Shown: piece by piece, positions 12,801 to 25,432 of the stretch | Numbering within the stretch: the first letter of the stretch is position 1 | How the letters are laid out: every line of letters begins with the position of its first letter | Notes under the pieces: model-generated | Told to the model about the DNA's origin: nothing | The model's database searches: none | What the model saw: only the letters and a program-made list of their open reading frames with translations | DNA from: Orbicella franksi | Lineage: Eukaryota | Length of the DNA: 64,000 nt | Assembly (NCBI GenBank): GCA_964199315.1 | Contig: OZ116705.1 | Coordinates: 2,976,001 to 3,040,000 of the forward strand | Direction of reading: 5' to 3' | Position numbers and translations under genes: made by a program

Positions 12801-15800
12801 TTCCCCGTATGATTGTGTTGTAGACAACGAGGATGATGATGACAATGAGGCTGACTTACCTCAGGACCCTGACGAGTAAGGCTTATGTCACTTCTTTTTG
12901 AAATCATACATGCATTTATGTACACATGTGTGTAACTTAGTACTGACAGTCATTTTCTTTGTGAAGGTGGTCGTTTAGATTAAAGAATATTGATTAGATC
13001 ACAGATAATGACATCATGGTAAGGACAAAAACGTGCCATTACATGTAGGCAAGCATGTCACTGATGATCTATTACTGAACAGATGCATAGCAACTGATCA
13101 TGGAATCTACTTGGTTATTATTAGTATTACTATTAATTATTGTTATTGATTTCCATTACAAATTGCAAAATATAATTTCTCACAAAACAAGATTCTCGTC
13201 CCGTGAGAGGGTGGTAACTTACTTTTGGGAAGTACTGTACATTACCCACATACATGAACAGCGTTTACACACTAATCGAGGTGGCATTGTAATAAATAAA
13301 TTTATAAATAAATATTGCTTTTATTATTAGTCACAATAAAAAAGAAAGAAAGAAAACAATCAAATTAACAAACACACAAACAAGAACAAAGAGTCAGACT
13401 AGTTATAAGTAGGACTAATTATGATACGAATCATGAAAAGGGAAAGTTGCAAATATAAATACAGCCTTGTTTTATTTAAGAAACAAAAAATGTGTTAATG
13501 ATGTCATCAGACCAATCAAAATGTGCCCAAAATAATTTGACATTCATGTGTTCAGAGAGATGTTAATGGTATGTGTAATGTATTTAAGACATGATCGTGT
13601 TTTTTAAAACTAGTAGTGGCATTAATTTATGTCCTGTGTCTTTTAATAGGTTATGGAATTGATTAAATTTACAATCATTATGATAATAAAACAACAACAA
13701 CAAAAGCAACTATATTCTGTGTCAGTGAAAGCATCTGAGGGCCTGTTATGTAGCAGTAGGAAATTCTGATGGGAGCCTGTTGTCTTTGTTTATTCTGCAG
13801 CATGCTTCATTTGGCTGATTTGGCCAACAGATTCCATTCTCTTTCTGTAACTGGAATTTGTCAGCCGCACTATGAAACAAGGGTACGTTATTAAATCAAA
13901 TAACGATATAATTGTTTCCTGACTCTGTAGTAGACATAATAAGAAACAAGATACTGGAGCAGAGTCAATGTTTTAGTGATCACAAGCTTTTGATCCTCAC
14001 AGCGTCTTTCTCGAAGTTAACTAATTTGACAGTGTACATGTTAAACTGCAGTGAACAGTATCAAGTTTTTTTAAAGATGGTAGGAACAATTGCATGCATA
14101 CATTGTACAGTGTATGTGTCACAATCCCCTGAAAGCAAGACACAAGACCACATAAAAGGCATGCACATGTACTGGCATTCTGTCTTCGATTAAAAGATAT
14201 TCTTTTTTTTTTCTTCCAGATGACTCACATCTCTGCCATCCCTCTGGAACTTATCATGTATATTTTCAAGTGGGTAGTGTCCACAGAGCTTGATATGAAG
14301 TCTTTGGAACACTTGGGACGGGTACAAAGAAACAGTTTAATTTATATTTTGCTAATTATGAATGAATGAGGTCTTTATTTCTTATTGAAAAAAAAAACAT
14401 CAGTAGACACAAGTCTTTACAATCAAATCCTGAATGAAAACAAGATAAATAAATAAAATGAACAAATAAAATAGCTCATTCAGCTTCAGAACAATAATTT
14501 GCATGTAACCACTTATTAATAAATTTTATATTTCTGGAGAAAGCTAAGGCAGCATGATCGTACAGTACATGTATTTAGTCTTACACTATAAGTCTTCAGT
14601 CCTGGAATTCTTGATCTGGAATCCATCCCACAAACCATGTGCATAATGCCACCATACTGTTTTCAATTTCTCTTCATTTTTGTCTCTGTTCATCACCCCT
14701 GGCCAGTGTTTTTATGAAAGGTAATATACAGCCCTCGTGATTCTGACATTTTTTGTTTTGCTTTCTTTTTTTCCTCTTGTTAGGTTTGTAAAGGTTTTTA
14801 TGCCTGTGCTAGAGATCCAGACATATGGAAACTTGCTTGTCTCAGGTACATGTAGAATAAAATTATACTTTCTACATGTATAAATTACAACTTTTTATGC
14901 TCTTCAAATAACAAATTGGAAGGCTGGACCAGTTTATAGGCATGTAAAGTTTTAGTGATTATGAGCTAGCAATTCAAGTAAGTACCTTGTGCATTGTAAT
15001 TTTTGTGTGCTGGCTTTGTATTTCAGGGTCTGGGGAGTTAACTGTGGCAGTGCCGTGGAGTGGAATGGCTCATGGCGACTGATGTACATTGAACGCCCAC
15101 ACCTTCTGTTTGTTGGTATGGAGTTTAATATTGAACTGGTGATGATGGTTGCCTGAACTTTACTTTATGCCTTGATCTTTCTTTTCTTTTGCTCATTTAC
15201 ATGCTGACAAGGTTTTGGAGGCGGTTTATTAAAAACTTGTGTGATTCTTAATCGACAGGTGTCTATATAAGTAAGACTTCATATATCAGACAAGGAGAAA
15301 AAAACCTGGATATGTGCTACCGGCCATTCCATGTGGTGGAATATTATCGTTACATGAGATTTTTTATTGATGGTAAGGGCATGATAATTTCATACAATGA
15401 TTGTTTTCTTGATTTGAAACACAGCCTTAAAACATCTTGTTTGGTGTACTACATGTATGTTTTTGGTGATCTATAAATTAAAGTGCTTCATGTTTGGAAA
15501 ATTTTGGAATTGTTATTTTCATTGTGATAACAGGGAGTGGTCTTTCGCAAATCAGCAAATCTCAGAGTTCAGAATGGTGTATTCTGTCCTCAAAAGACAG
15601 CCTTCTATTCGTAAAGATCTATCAGTCAAAATCAATATTGCGAGTCACACCTTTACTGCATGAGAGATAAATCAACTTGACTAATATCCTTGCTTAATTT
15701 TGAGTTCACAGTTATGTATTTTTTCTTTCTCACGTTTTTTTAAAACAGGGACTGTTGTAATTCACACAAGTGCAGATGAACCTGTTACTGCTATTCCAAG

Positions 15801-17581
15801 GCTGAAACTCAAGCACGGTGGTAATCCATCTGTTTCAGTGGGTCATTACAGACTCTCTGGGGATAGGGTATGTTTCATGACTGATACCCTGACAGTACAG
15901 ACGTTGGCCGAACAGTGAAGGCAGAGATAATTTGTTACTGCATCTTAGAGCGTGGGATCTGTTTTGTTACCATTGCCCTGTAGTTGTATACTTGTTCCTA
16001 AATAATTATGTACATTTGGAAAGGCAGGCACAACCTCACATCACCCTATTTTCTGTGCTTCTAAGGCTTTTGAAACAGGCCCAGCACAATTTCAAACTTC
16101 GTTCTTACACTGCACTGTAAGTATTTTCACCCAGTACTATTTTTGACTAATAGGTGACCTCGTACTAAAACTTACTGAAACCCCTGTTACTATTCAATTA
16201 CACGTATTATGCAGGTCATCATTGTTGTCCGTAAAACAGTTACTGGTGAAGGCCACAATCAGTCCAGAGGTCGACGATCTAAAGGCCCTCCGCCAACCAT
16301 CTTGGAACAAGTTTTTCACATGGTAAGTTGACTAAAATGAGGGAAAATGACAAAAATGTATTAAAAGTTATTATGCAACAAGTGACAAGAATAATTAAAA
16401 CAGCCAAGCTCCAACAGCTAAAGGAATTTCCTTTGTACATGTGTGACACTCATCACTGTCTGTTGAATTATTTTCTCTCTACAATCCCTGCTTGTCTGAG
16501 TGATTATTTCAAGGTTGTTGGGTCACCAGTTATGATGGCGTGGTTGCACTGTTGCAGAGCTGGCAGGAATGCAGGGCAGACAGCGGTGAAAGCATTTGCC
16601 TCCCAGCATTGTTGCCTGGGTTTGAATTCCAGACCAAATCAGATGTGGTTCGAGTTCAATATGGGTTCTTTTAATTGTTCCAAGGGCTTTTTCTGGGTTT
16701 ATTTCAATTGGGTTTTCTTCCTCTGTCTACAGAAACCAACCTTTCCAAATTATACAGGATTGGCAGTTGCAACATTTGCTACCCTTGCTAAACAAAGTCA
16801 ATCATTAACAAGAAATAATCTACATTCCTGGGGATTCATAATTGTTAGTTAATCATTAATCAATTAATTAACCTTCTTTTCAAGGAATTACAAATCAACA
16901 GTAGTGGACGTCGCCACCATAATCAACTCACATGGATGCATTACACTGTTAATACAACCTACAGGTTATTCTCACATTTTGGTTGCTTTTAGTGGGAAAT
17001 ATTAGCAACGAAACTGGAAATGTAGTAACAATTGTTCTTGTATTCCATCGGTTGATAACTCCTATAAAATGTTTGCGATAATGCTGATGAACGCTAAAAA
17101 AAGAGATAGATGAATAAAAATATTTGGGGGCAGTATGACTTCTCATCTTTTGTTTTGTCTCCAATAAGGGTCCCACAAGTGAGTGCAAGATCAGACTCGC
17201 CCCGAACTTTTTTCCAGTTGCTAAAGTAGCTAATAGTTACTTGAAGTTCAAATCGCAATGAATATAGTTGACAAGTTTTGGCTGGATTTTGAGGGTGGGC
17301 AGGATTTCAAGGGGTTCCAGCAATAACAAGCTTGCATGATCATCTTTCCTAAGCAAAAAGCTTTTAATTACCGTTTCTCTAGCCTAGTGGCTATGCTGTG
17401 CATGAGTACATGTACATAGCAACCAAAAGGGTTGGTTATATACTCATTCTTAATCCTTGTTATTTTCAGGTCATCTGGTCAGACAGTGAGCTCACAGTTT
17501 GATTTAAATAACCAGTTTCCACCATTGTACTTCTCCCCTGTCAGAAGTTTCAGCAGCAATGCCATAGCACCATTAGATTAG
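9840..17581 (+). CDS. FBXO9: F-box only protein 9 (about 424 aa)
   Basis: Exons: 9840-9845 (ATG GCG|gtaagc, least certain), 10250-10453, 11310-11367, 12120-12206, 12824-12875, 13801-13882, 14220-14321, 14784-14845, 15027-15115, 15259-15372, 15749-15867, 16215-16322, 16885-16964, 17470-17581 (TAG); 1275 nt in frame. Motifs: [15 protein letters not shown]-like [20 protein letters not shown]-box [55 protein letters not shown]-terminal [12 protein letters not shown]. Confidence 0.92.
10655..10775 (+). mobile_element. Degenerate SINE fragment related to the 18624 SINE
   Basis: Decayed B box GAGTTCAAGCC followed by TTGGGCAAGACACTT, which also occurs in 18624-18930. Confidence 0.45.
10976..11156 (+). 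mobile_element. hAT-like MITE, copy 2 (5-bp imperfect TSD)
   Basis: Termini CAGGGCTGTCATTAAG ... CTTAATGAGAGCCCTG (15/16 match); flanks ACAAC/GCAAC. Confidence 0.75.
11275..11304. repeat. (TTTTG)n microsatellite forming the FBXO9 acceptor tract
   Basis: Direct reading. Confidence 0.85.
12385..12475. repeat. Compound (TAA)n/(TGA)n microsatellite
   Basis: Direct reading. Confidence 0.8.
16545..16760 (+). mobile_element. Degenerate tRNA-derived SINE remnant in FBXO9 intron
   Basis: GCGGTGAAAGCATTTGCCTCCCAGC...GGGTTTGAATTCC (A/B-box-like) followed by a body ending ...TTTTCTTCCTC...AAACCAAC. Confidence 0.4.
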
Positions 17582-17801
17582 CACTGCTTAATCAAGGAAG
17601 GACTTGGCTGCTTTAATTTAAGATCTGAGGCCCCTGGCCATAATACATATACACGAACAGAAAATTGAAATGTGTACATTGTCTGTGTCAGGGCTCGACA
17701 CTAACTTTTCAACTTACTAGCCAAGTGGCTAGTGATAACTTAGATGTTACTAGCCAAAACCTTTTTTTGTACTAGCCAAGCATTGTGGTTGGCTACTTTA
17801 T

Positions 17802-18609
17802 TACATGAAATTTTCGCGACATGTTTATTTCGTCACTTGGGGTGTGCATATTTCGTGACACTCAAATTCGGCAATTTTGCAAAAATTTTGTATTTTGAAT
17901 CACTTTAACTTCGCGTTTTTGAGTAACACAAAATTTATCTTCTTGGCAATGCTACTCAGACATGTCTTTGAATGTAGTAAACTGACTCTATCAAAGGTAC
18001 AATAACGTCAAAAGTAACAAAGACACGATGGCGGTACTATAAGTCAACAGCAACTTAATGTGTTATTGTAGTCAACGTTCAACACGCTACTTGGCTTTAA
18101 TCGATAAGACGAAATGTGCAATTTAACGATAGAGTGCGAAGAAAGCGATGAAAAGGGAGCGATTGCTACAAACAAAATAAAGTACAAGTTATAGACGAAT
18201 ACAATAAAAGAAACAGAAATAACGAGCCGAAGGTAGACGATACTTACAAACGTTGTATGACTAGGAAGCTAAGGAACACGTAAAAGGAAAACAGCAGGGC
18301 GGTAAATGAAACGAGATGACAGTAGCGTCGTGATGAAAATGCACAAATAAACTAGAAAGACGCATACAAAAGAGAAGTGAAACAAAGCAAAATTATGCGA
18401 AAAAACCTAACAGAATATCGATAACGTGAAAGCGAGATAAACGAAAAGAATGCGATCACGAAAGAATGCACATGCACATAACAAAGAATTAAATGCGGCT
18501 GCAACATGTGTTATGTTCCTGACACTTACATATTATCATCACTTTAATTTCATGACTTTTTTAAAATCGTGAAATTTGGAAAATTAGCTAGTCGCAAAAA
18601 TTTCAGGTA
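17802..18609. mobile_element. Nested TIR element (about 800 bp)
   Basis: TACATGAAATTTTCGCGAC versus GTCGCAAAAATTTCAGGTA (17/19 inverted match); CpG-rich interior in a CpG-poor setting. Confidence 0.6.
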
Positions 18610-18623
18610 GATCTAATAACGGC

Positions 18624-18930
18624 GTAGGAGGCGCGGTGACCTCATGGTTAGTACACTCATCTCTGGATCGAGCGGTCCGGGTTCGAGCCCTGGCCGGGGA
18701 CATTGTGTTGTGTACTTGGGCAAGACACTTTACTCTCACAGTGCCTCTCTCTACCCAGGTGTATAAATGGGTACCGGCAAACTTAATGCTGGGGGTAACC
18801 CTGCGATGGACTAGCATCCCATCCAGGGAGGAGTAGAAATACTCCCAGTCGCTTCATGCTACGGAAACCGGGATAAGCTCCGGCCTGATGGGCCACTTGG
18901 CTCGTACACAGACTTAACCTTCACCTTACC
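18624..18930 (+). mobile_element. Full-length tRNA-derived SINE with 9-bp TSD AATAACGGC
   Basis: Head GGAGGCGCGGTGACCTCATGGTTAG, B box GGTTCGAGCCC, central TTGGGCAAGACACTT...GTATAAATGGGTACC (tentatively MetaSINE-like), (ACCTT)-type tail; TSD at 18615-18623 and 18931-18939. Confidence 0.88.
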
Positions 18931-20558
18931 AATAACGGCAGAATTACTAGCAAGACTTGGAAGCACAACGCAAGCGACTCTCTTTGATACCTAATGTTGG
19001 TAATTATACTGTAGTTCCCGAAAAGACTTGCAGGACTCTGTTTTTCTTTTAAGACTTCCTTGGGAAAACATCGAGACCCTCAAGATGTCACTGTAAAAAC
19101 TGTCGAGACTTCTTCACAGACATGCACCGTAGAAATGTTTCAAAAGCAAAACAACTATCTGGACAGTACTGTAAACTGTCGTTGGTGAAATTCGACTGCT
19201 AAACACTGTTGATTTAAATGTCGAAGGAAATCTTTCTCATCTAATTATTTCTGCAGTGGTAAGTTTGTAAGTATACATGCAACAACAAATCATCCATGTA
19301 TTGTTACGCTGAATGAAATGTTATCCCTTCACAGTTCCGCACCATTTTGTGCATGAAAAAAATTTCGTAACATAGAGCATTGATGGGTGCTTTGAGAAGA
19401 TGCTGTCTTGTTTGTCAAATATTTCTTTCAGCAAAATTAACATGTTCAGTTCCCGTCTACATATCACCCAGCGAAAAGTAGACAAACTTAAATTTGCATA
19501 CGTGCTGAACACCACATGCCTGGTACCATGATATGTCCCCAATGAAATTCTGACCTTGTTTGCGAGAAAAGTGTAAATTTTGTGTTTGTCTTCCTTGAAG
19601 AAGACAGAAACTAGTTCAGCCATTTCATTTTGTTCACTAGCCAAAGTGGCTAGTGGAAATTGAAAACCTACTAGCCAAAACTAAATTTCCACTAGTCTGT
19701 GGCTAGTTGGCTACCGTTAGTCTTGAGCCCTGCTGTGTGGAAAGCAAGTGATGAAGATGCTGATTTCTTTTGACTCAACCTTTAAATATCTACAGTTTTT
19801 TTGGTCAGAAAATTGTAGAAACTGATATGAAATCAGTGTGAAGTAAACTAGAAAATATCATTATCATCTTTGCAGCGGTGGGGGGATTTGAAAAGAGTTT
19901 TCTTGACATAGGTTTTACTTAATGCACTTGTAAGTAAGGGTGGGGCATTGCTACCTAATTGCACTGTCACAACCTCTCTTAGTGAGACACGAATGACCTC
20001 CGCAAGAACACCAAAGTTATGAAAACAAAAACATCTCAAATTTGTATGTTGTAAACTACTGATAACGAAACAATACCACATGAAAGTACTGTTAGTACTT
20101 TTTAATAGCTTTTATTTGATTAGTCACACACTAGGGTGTAATCTGACTGCTACAATAAGGTTTAAAACAGGAAATTTCTTCCTGATAGCTTTCTTGTCAA
20201 TGGTCCAACAGTTGATTACTGCAATGGGAAGTGAGTTTGTTTGCTAATTAATGCAGGTCCCATAAGTTAGATCAGCATACTGTAGCATCATCAAGCATGC
20301 CCTTGCATACGAGTGGTTGGTTTCATATATATATTTTTTTTTGGGGGGGGGGGAGGGAGGGGGAGGGAAGGGGAGGGGAGTTGTCAAAGCAAATCAATTA
20401 TACAATGTAATTGTTGGAGGTTTAATGCCAATATAGAACAACAGTTACTTTTTACAGCCTTTAATTTTGTGTGTTGTGATTTTGGCTTAAGTTGTAATTG
20501 ATTAGTTTTGTTTCCATGATGTACTGGTAACCATTGCTTCGGTTTTAATTACTTAGCC

Positions 20559-20706
20559 ATAGAGTAGTTTTCAATTGAGAGTTGTAAAACTAAAACCAAA
20601 GCAATATTATTACTTACTAGACTACTCAGCCAATCTCAAACCATAGTAAAACCAAAACCAAAGTAATTGCCCAATTACTTCCGACACTCAATTGAAAACG
20701 TGTTAT
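20559..20706. mobile_element. Degenerate MITE
   Basis: ATAGAGTAGTTTTCAATTGAG ... CTCAATTGAAAACGTGTTAT inverted termini. Confidence 0.55.
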
Positions 20707-21703
20707 CTGCAGCTGTCAAACACGAGGCTAGCTGAACCAATTTGAGATATGAACTACACTGGTTTAGGCACAAACAGCCAACATCCTATAACTTTGTTTT
20801 CCATTTCCTTGAAACTTACAGTTTTGCAATGGGAAATTGTATAATTAGTGGCACTTTCAAGTGAATGTGTACGTGGTAGTTCAATGTAACCCTTGGTACA
20901 ATTTGATATTTTCCTTTGTTTCATGTGCATTTTAATATATTACCGTATACCAGAACAAAGGAAGAAATTGAACCACAACATGTACACAATGTATGCTATG
21001 TTGAAATACCAATAAAAATTTGAAATAATTTTAGCATTGAGTCAAATTACTATTAATACGGCTAGTTTCAAGAAGTAAATGCACCAGAAATGTTGACAAC
21101 AATTCCTCTTCCCCAAGAAGTACATCCCGAAATAAGCATGTCAAATCTAGACTTCATCATATCAGGGTATTTACATGTGACATAATTTTCTAGCTTACAG
21201 TAGGTACCAGTCCACATGCCTGTAAATGGAAAACTCTAACACTGTTCATGCAAAACCACAACAAAATGTTAATTCTACAGTCCTGCTCAAAAAATTATGT
21301 CAAACTTCAAATGAGCCATCCTTATGTCACTATTAGGTATATGTAAAGTTCCACATCTGAATCAGCTACATGTACTATCACATTTGTATTTGGGTTGGCC
21401 CCTGCTATATGACTATGATAGTCAAATAGAATGGCAAAAGTTTGACTTTGATTCAGATGTCAAACTAGCACGTCTCAAATCTAATGCAAAAGTGCGATGT
21501 TTGAACCACGCGTAAAAGGTACATGTACTAACAAGGTTTAACCACTACTTGTCCACCCCATCTTCACTGCTCCTGAGCAATGTGCATGGTGTTACATGCA
21601 ATATGACAACACTGAGGTGTTTAGTACATGTGACAGGCAGAAAGAGTAAACATGAAGTGTGGAGAGAGTACATCAACTAAGTAACACAGTCTAGGATCCC
21701 TGG

Positions 21704-22022
21704 CCGGGGGGACTACCATGTAAAAGGAACAGAGGTGCTTGTACCTGTTAGGTGTTAAAGAAACGATTTTCATGCCTCTTAAGGTGTTCAGCCTTAAAAG
21801 GTCCACAGTGGGAGCTTTTGCAGTACCTTTTAGGGTATTGAGCTTAAAAAAAGTTGACAGGAAATATAACCTGAATTTAATTTTGTCTCAGATTTGGTAC
21901 CCCTTGGGGGGTGAAAAAAATTCAAGCCACGCTCACAAAGCAGGATCTTGGTACCTGTTAGGGGTTCTTTACAAACTTTCCGATGAGCACCCCTGTCTTT
22001 GTTATATGAGAGTCCCCCCTAC
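21704..22022. mobile_element. TIR element just downstream of the TDP2 stop codon
   Basis: GGGGGACTACCATGTAAAAGGAACAGAGGTGCT versus GAGCACCCCTGTCTTTGTTATATGAGAGTCCCCC (imperfect inverted); internal GGTACC/TTTAGGG motifs. Confidence 0.55.
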
Positions 22023-22138
22023 CTCCTGGGTCTAGGACAAGTTCTATATTCATAATGAGTTCTTTGCACTCTGCCATTGTGGCAGATTTTGGTGACTGAT
22101 AACCATGAACCCAAAAGTTTTTTTTTCCCCTGATCTGA

Positions 22139-25100
22139 CTACTTCTCATTACTTGATTGAGAGAACTCGCACCACACACCCCAGTGGTCACTAGGAAACC
22201 TCCCACACCCTGCTAGCCTTTCCATTCCTACCAATGCAAATTTTGTTGCCTTCAAGGCATGTGTGCCTTGTGCAGACCTCTTAAACAACCTGTCAAACCG
22301 TATTCTTGGCTTCCTAGGATATGCCCAGTCAAGATTGTCATTAATACTCGTATCCCAGGTGAACTGGGAATCTGCTGGCCTTCCACATTCCTCCCATGCA
22401 TCCACTACCCCACTTGGCAATCCCCCAACTGACGACACCTCAGCATCACGGAGGTTTGTATCGCCACCAAATATTACAGTGGCTTGTGGTGGCTGCTCTT
22501 TCATGTTCATTAAGACTTGTTCAAATTGTCTTTTCCGTTCGCCTTTGCACTGTGCAGTGCTCTCAAGGTGTGAAGTCATCAGAATTAGTTCAGTCTTGTT
22601 CTTGTGCATTACTGGTTGACAAAGCAGATGTCGTCCCATTTTACTCGACTGGAAATATGTACAATGAAGTTCATCTGTTGTTTTAATTGACGAGTTCTTG
22701 AGAAGTAATATATTAAAGTATGCATGAGTTGGCCCATACTTGCAGGAATACCTTAAAATAAGACAGTGAATCCACAGCAAATAAATTCAAACCTTTTTAC
22801 CCTGCACACAAATGTCTCTTACTAACTGAGACAGAGTACCCATTAACACACAGGTGTGTGTCTTATATGCACAAAAAATGAAAAGGACACACAGTATTTG
22901 GCAAAGTGCATCCTTGAGAGGCAGGAAAAATGTTCTGAAAATTTTAGTAAATAGGCAAAGGACCCCTGAAAAGCAAAAAGAACCCCGACTCTTTGGAACT
23001 GGGGGTCTCAAGGACCCTTAACTATCAAAACCAGTGGGAACTCTACTGAGATGTATTTCCATTGATATGAAACTTTCAGAATTTGAACTTATTAAGCTGA
23101 ATTTAAGTGCTCCAAAATTAATTGCGTCCATAAAATCCTCGCATTTACCATAAGTTAGATTTATTAATAATGTTCATGAGAGCTTGAAAATATTAGTTTC
23201 ATTTTGCAAATTTAACCTAACAAAGCAATGTTTCTAGTGATGGTCAGACTACAAGTTATATCTCCAGATTGTCATCTTTCAATTCAAGTTTTTCATTGTT
23301 CAGCCTTTTCTTTTTTCTGGGATTCAACAACAAAAATGTGTCGTACACATACAGTAACCACTTACCAGCAAACACTTCTCCAAAAAAAGTACACAGTAAA
23401 TCATTATCTACAGGCAAACAATCCCCACCCCAACCCAACCTATTGTAAATCACCCAAAATATGACTGCAAAATAATATGCATTTTGACACTTTCTCAGCA
23501 TAGCTGCGGTACTTACCCAGAGCATTTTGACTGAAAAATGGATAAGGACTTTGGGATCACCTCTTGCAAGAATACAGCATCAGGTTTTAGGCTATTTATA
23601 ATATGGCAGACTTTTCTTGTACGCTCGATGAGATTCCTCTCGTCCAGGCCGTCAACATTCCATGACAAGACAGTTAAGTTTGGATTTGGATCTGTTTCTT
23701 CTGCCTCACCTTGGCTGTACATTTAAAAAATAAGTGTGCATAGTCAAACTGTATCAGTACAATTTATTACTTTAACAACTCAAGACTGTAACATTTGAAG
23801 GTTGACATCAGGTTTTGAAGGCTTATAAACGTGTATCTAATATGTCTCGTGATGAGAACTGAAGCTCAGAAATATCTTCATCCTTCTGTGGTGAGAAATG
23901 CAAAGCCTCCACATCAACAATATGGTTGTAGAACGGAACTTTACCTTTCCACTGTCCCACTTCCAGATGAGCAAGCTAACTGATCGCCATGCTCAGACAC
24001 CTGAGATAAACAATTTTGACACATTTTAACATACGTTATTGACCAAGTGTGAGGTCCAGATGTACATGTAGGAATATTTGTATTTATTTAATTTTAGTAT
24101 TTGCTAAGTTCTCTTTTTCTGTTTGTTCACATACTCATCATACATGTTATGTGTGGGTCAAGACAAAGTCAAGGTCCTCATACAAACAGAGAAAAGAACA
24201 ACGATTTGATATGATTACTGCATGCTTGGCAGAAGTCAGATTGAGAAGCTGGGAGGAGCCGCCGAACATTTGATCGATGGTAGCAAAAAACACATTTGTC
24301 GGTTGAGGTTTGAATTTTAGAATCTGCATGTTATTGGCCGTTTTCACACTAGAGACGGATAATCTGTCCAAGACGGGTTATCCGTCCAGCACAGATAATC
24401 CGTCTTGGTGTGAAAACGGAACAGTGTTCACTTTAGATGGATAATCCGTCTAAAATGAACACTGTTCCGTTTTCACACTAAGACGAATTATCCGTGCTGG
24501 ACAAATAACCCGTCTTAGACGGATTATCCGTCTCTAGTGTGAAAACAGCCCATACCAAGACAGAAAATGAAGCAGACAGATAATCTATCTAGACAGATTA
24601 GACGGATTATCTGTCTCTAGTGTGAAAACGGCCATTGAAAGGTGCAGTAAGCTTACTCACATTGTAAAATGACACTGGTTGTTTTGTCATTGTATAAGCT
24701 TATATGTAATTGCCATACTAAGTCTAATTAAAAATTAATAACTAAATATTAAAAAATTAATCAATAATAATCCCAAATACTTGTTCACTCACCAGTACAG
24801 GGTTTTCCTTGCTTCCATGCCCTCCACGGGCAAAAACCGAGTCAAAAAACGTATTAATCGCGGACTGAAAGATCAAGAAATTGAACAAACAAGTTTTGAT
24901 GATTCGAATATGGGGAAGCTGAAATGTTGGCAAAAAACACTCTACACACCTCAACATTCCAACTCGACTGTTGTAAATAGCTCAGCGCCACGGTATCTTC
25001 AGCTCCAGTGACGGCCATGAACTGATGAACCAAGTCAGTTATTTCAAATTCCTCACTGTCACTACTATCCCCCATGTCTCCTTGCGTTTCAGTCTTCTGT

Positions 25101-25432
25101 TTCTTCTTCGATTTCTTCGGTCTCGCAGTGCTATCCGACAAGACGGAGTACGATGGAATGAGCCCGCAGTTTAGGACAGCAACATTGCTGAGGAACGCAA
25201 CGTCGAGCAATCGGTCTACAGTCGGCTCACTGTCTGATTGAATGACAATTATCGGACTTCGCCGGACACTACCCGAATGATTTTCGTTTTCTGAAAAGCG
25301 CGCGAAAATGTGTGACCAGGCCTTTATCATGCAAATGTGGAAGCCTGGTAGTTTTTTGACATGCCTACAACGATGAGCGATACATACAAAGCGATTGATA
25401 CAGTGTAGTTGATTCTGCGACAATAATTTCAT
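22139..25432 (-). CDS. TDP2: Tyrosyl-DNA phosphodiesterase 2 (UBA-like domain plus EEP nuclease domain); 354 aa from ATG 25075 or 473 aa from ATG 25432
   Basis: Exons: 24950-25075 (frame open upstream to 25432), 24793-24864, 23945-24000, 23517-23714, 22139-22751; GT-AG and frame-consistent. UBA-like FMAVTGAEDTVALSYLQQSSWNVE; EEP motifs LSWNVDGL, VFLQEV, MGRHLL, TSHLES, GDTNLRD, RFDR, FPSDHWG. Start codon uncertain. Confidence 0.92.
24336..24633. mobile_element. Palindromic Harbinger-like MITE with an extra right arm, TDP2 intron 2
   Basis: Near-perfect 215-bp hairpin 24336-24550 (GGCCGTTTTCACACTAGAGACGGATAAT...ATTATCCGTCTCTAGTGTGAAAACAGCC) plus a second right arm ending 24633; ATT flanks both outer ends. 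Confidence 0.75.

Larger units (their letters stand above)
17689..19732. mobile_element. Non-autonomous hAT-like element (2,044 bp) with 6-bp TSD CTGTGT, carrying nested insertions
   Basis: Left CAGGGCTCGACACTAAC, right GTTAGTCTTGAGCCCTG; CTGTGT at 17683-17688 and 19733-19738; subterminal ACTAGCCA/TGGCTAGT motifs at both ends. Confidence 0.8.

Noticed and set aside
16328-16852. 174-aa ORF
   Set aside because: Lies in an FBXO9 intron, starts at TTG, crosses a SINE remnant and has no protein-like motif.
19321-19644. 107-aa ORF as transposase remnant of the hAT-like element
   Set aside because: No BED finger, DDE or hAT dimerisation motif is recognisable.
24170-24324. CxxC...CxxC-encoding cassette exon in TDP2 intron 2 (KCVFC...FCQAC)
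   Set aside because: That frame needs a phase-1 acceptor but the preceding exon ends in phase 0; the phase-0 reading is not TDP2-like.
24336-24633. CRISPR-like repeat array
   Set aside because: Repeats are inverted arms of a MITE in a eukaryotic intron, with no unique regularly sized spacers and no cas genes.
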